Shown: positions 35,116 to 37,143 of the stretch, one piece after another | Position numbering within the stretch: position 1 is the stretch's first letter | How the letters are laid out: every line of letters starts with the position of its first letter | NCBI GenBank assembly: GCA_001687465.1 | Contig: LVLI01000349.1 | Location: 1 to 37,143, forward strand | Length of the DNA stretch: 37,143 bases | Reading direction: 5' to 3' | Origin: Halocafeteria seosinensis | Lineage: Eukaryota | The notes under the pieces: generated by a model | The model's database searches: none | Seen by the model: the letters and a program-made list of their open reading frames with translations, nothing else | What the model was told of the DNA's origin: nothing | Program-made: the position numbers and the translations under genes

Positions 35116-35644
35116 GCGGCCGGTGGGCTATCTGTCACATTTGTGTGTGTGACTAAAATGGTTGGTGAGTGTTGGGCTTACAAGGAATAACATACGTGTT
35201 TTTCAGAACGCGTCGAACTCTCACGTCCACGTGATGCTCTCTCTTGACTCAGTACAGCTCATGCATCGTGGCGTAATTTGGGCGAACATTACGCTGAGCG
35301 CTACTTATTGAGAAAGTTGCCAATGGATGATCCCTCACATAGACTGTGTCACTGTAAGATAGCGACGTATATGTACCACCCTTTCCTTCTCCGTCTACAC
35401 TTTTTGTATTATGTTTATCCGCAGAGCCGCATTCTCCAGCGGGTTTCCTGGTCTAGTGCCCAGTCACATGGGACACTGTCCCGTTCGCAAAACTGCTAAA
35501 CGAAACGTTTGTCCGACTATCGCTGTCGGTGTCAGCGATAAACCCACACCCCAAACGCATCTATCAAGAAGGTTGAAAGTGAAAGTGGTTAAGTCGATGC
35601 GGTCAACTCCGCGACCGGTGGGCTATCTGTCACTTATGTGTCTG
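35116..35644 (+). repeat. Dispersed 34-nt direct repeat, two copies 495 nt apart
   Basis: GCGGCCGGTGGGCTATCTGTCACATTTGTGTGTG (35116) versus GCGACCGGTGGGCTATCTGTCACTTATGTGTCTG (35611), with an identical 19-nt core and 4 mismatches. Confidence 0.8.
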
Positions 35645-36138
35645 CCATTGATCCACTGGCCAAACACATTAGGTACTCTAAACATCATTGTCTGGCAAGT
35701 TTCAATGATAAACGATTCGGTCTCTCTTGGGCATCCTGGACTGAAAACTGTAATGTATACAGAATGAACTCGAAGAATCGGGGCACTTGCTCCTCATAAC
35801 ATGGTAACTAGAACAAAAACTGTCATTATTCGAACACGTCCAGAAGCACACTCATTCTTACCAGTGCATTCCGGTTCATTTGTGTTGTAGTCACGTCGAA
35901 TCTACTCTTTCGCGTGGACCCACGAACCCACCTTTATACACCGCGTACACAAATCGTGTGTCCCCGCGGAAGTTTCGATGTGACTACAGCTTTGTCAGCT
36001 TCGTCTATAGATTAAATGAACATTCATTTTCTACAATATAGGTTTGGAAACAAAAAAAAGAAAATAATTATTGTGAGACTATATATTCTTATTATTAGCT
36101 CTACCGCGTTTGTGATACTATTTGGTTAGAATTCCTGT

Positions 36139-36182
36139 AAAAAAAAAAAAAATAAAAAAATATATATATATATAAAAAAAAT
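36139..36182. repeat. Poly(A)/(TA)n low-complexity tract
   Basis: A-runs flanking a TATATA run in an AT-rich segment downstream of the Crinkler-like gene. Confidence 0.9.
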
Positions 36183-36353
36183 CGCGGGTGAATACCGAAG
36201 GTAGATTTAACGCCTTTGTCATACACATACTAGGTTTGGAATGATCTTAACCCGACGAATTATGATGCCGACGAACCTGACGCATCGACAGCGCTTGCTA
36301 CGCGTGACCTCATGCTTTCTGCACCACACAATCAGAAAAAACACAACGAATTA

Positions 36354-37143
36354 TTACTGGTAAAAATAAAGCAATTTCTTAGATAACTCACGATAAGGAA
36401 TTAACATGGTACGGAAAGTCATGTTCCAAAACAGCTCCTTTTCTTGTTCTTCGCGGTCCGCAGAATACTCAGGAGACTTGGTCACGAAGTCGTTTCCGCT
36501 GCTGGGCCGTCGATAGTCAGGAATCACAAAGTAGAATACGGGATAGTTATTCCGAAATTCACCCATAAGATTCAGCCATGCGTCAAAAACATTAAACATT
36601 TTCAGTGTGTGTTCTTCCGCAATTGTATATTGCAAGAAAATTGGGGCAGTTCCTCGGTTATTCGGAATTACTATTGCATCGACAGTAGGATAAAATCCTG
36701 TAATGGGTTTTGCATATACACCTTCATATGTGTTCATGCCGAAGGCTTTATGTATAAGGCCTCTAATCTCGTAATTATCATCGAAGTCAGACCTTTCGGT
36801 TCTGGGTAGGGTGAGCTGTTCTGGTGGCATCGTCACTCTCCATCCAGGATGTTTACTTCCTCTGGTATTAATTCTGTCGAGTTTGTAATAGTGCAACTGG
36901 AGTGCTGCGAAGTGTGGTTTTTCCTGGGGTATAATTTGTGACATACTGTCTCGAACAAATCCCCCAAGCGAACGCCGTGCACATCATTCCATAGTCTACC
37001 TATGACTGAGAACCAGCGGTCTCTTTCCCACTTAGAAAGAGCATAATTTTGAACGTAAGTCGAAGCAAATTTGACATGAAGCTGTGTAAATTTATATTCC
37101 TTATTATCCAGTGGCCACGGATGCACGGTCCAAAACTTCAGAG
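36354..37143 (-). pseudogene. Crinkler (CRN)-like C-terminal restriction-endonuclease-fold domain with an apparent frameshift; 5' part outside the window
   Basis: The first frame has FASTYV and GDLFETVCH. The second frame continues with LTLP, YAKPITGFYPTVDAIV, FLQYTIAEEH and FYFVIP, the motif order I recognise from CR-REase domains. The frame changes between ~36935 and ~36835. Confidence 0.7.

Noticed and set aside
35278..35767. ORFs of 73 and 118 aa in the gap after paralog D
   Set aside because: No recognisable motifs or supporting splice structure, so probably chance ORFs.

Overview
Gene-dense nuclear DNA from a compact, intron-rich microbial eukaryote, with GT-AG introns mostly ~55-100 nt. 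A heterotrophic stramenopile-like protist is my inference only. The ORF track fragments most genes, so I spliced them by hand. In order: a repeat-rich, possibly hAT-like transposon end (1-546); RPN5 (-); an unusual PKA regulatory subunit (+); cathepsin B (+); a secreted GH31 glycosidase with YihQ-like motifs (-); GPR107/108 (+); glucose-6-phosphate 1-epimerase (-); ADP-ribosylglycohydrolase (+); an SLC22-like MFS transporter (+) overlapping the 3' end of DNA2 (-); a small unknown 4-exon gene (+); an Aa_trans transporter (-); four intact paralogous cAMP-receptor-like (cAR/CRL/GCR1-type) 7TM receptors with a relic of an RLE non-LTR retrotransposon inside the cluster; and a frameshifted Crinkler-like REase gene running off the right edge. 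The best candidate for an undescribed system is the lineage-specific GPCR array, with conserved microexons, an invariant ICL1, conserved PKA-type tail sites and variable extracellular loops. A recurrent ACTTCAACTTCAAC promoter motif and odd-palindrome clusters are also notable. All homology calls are motif recognition by eye; no searches were run.
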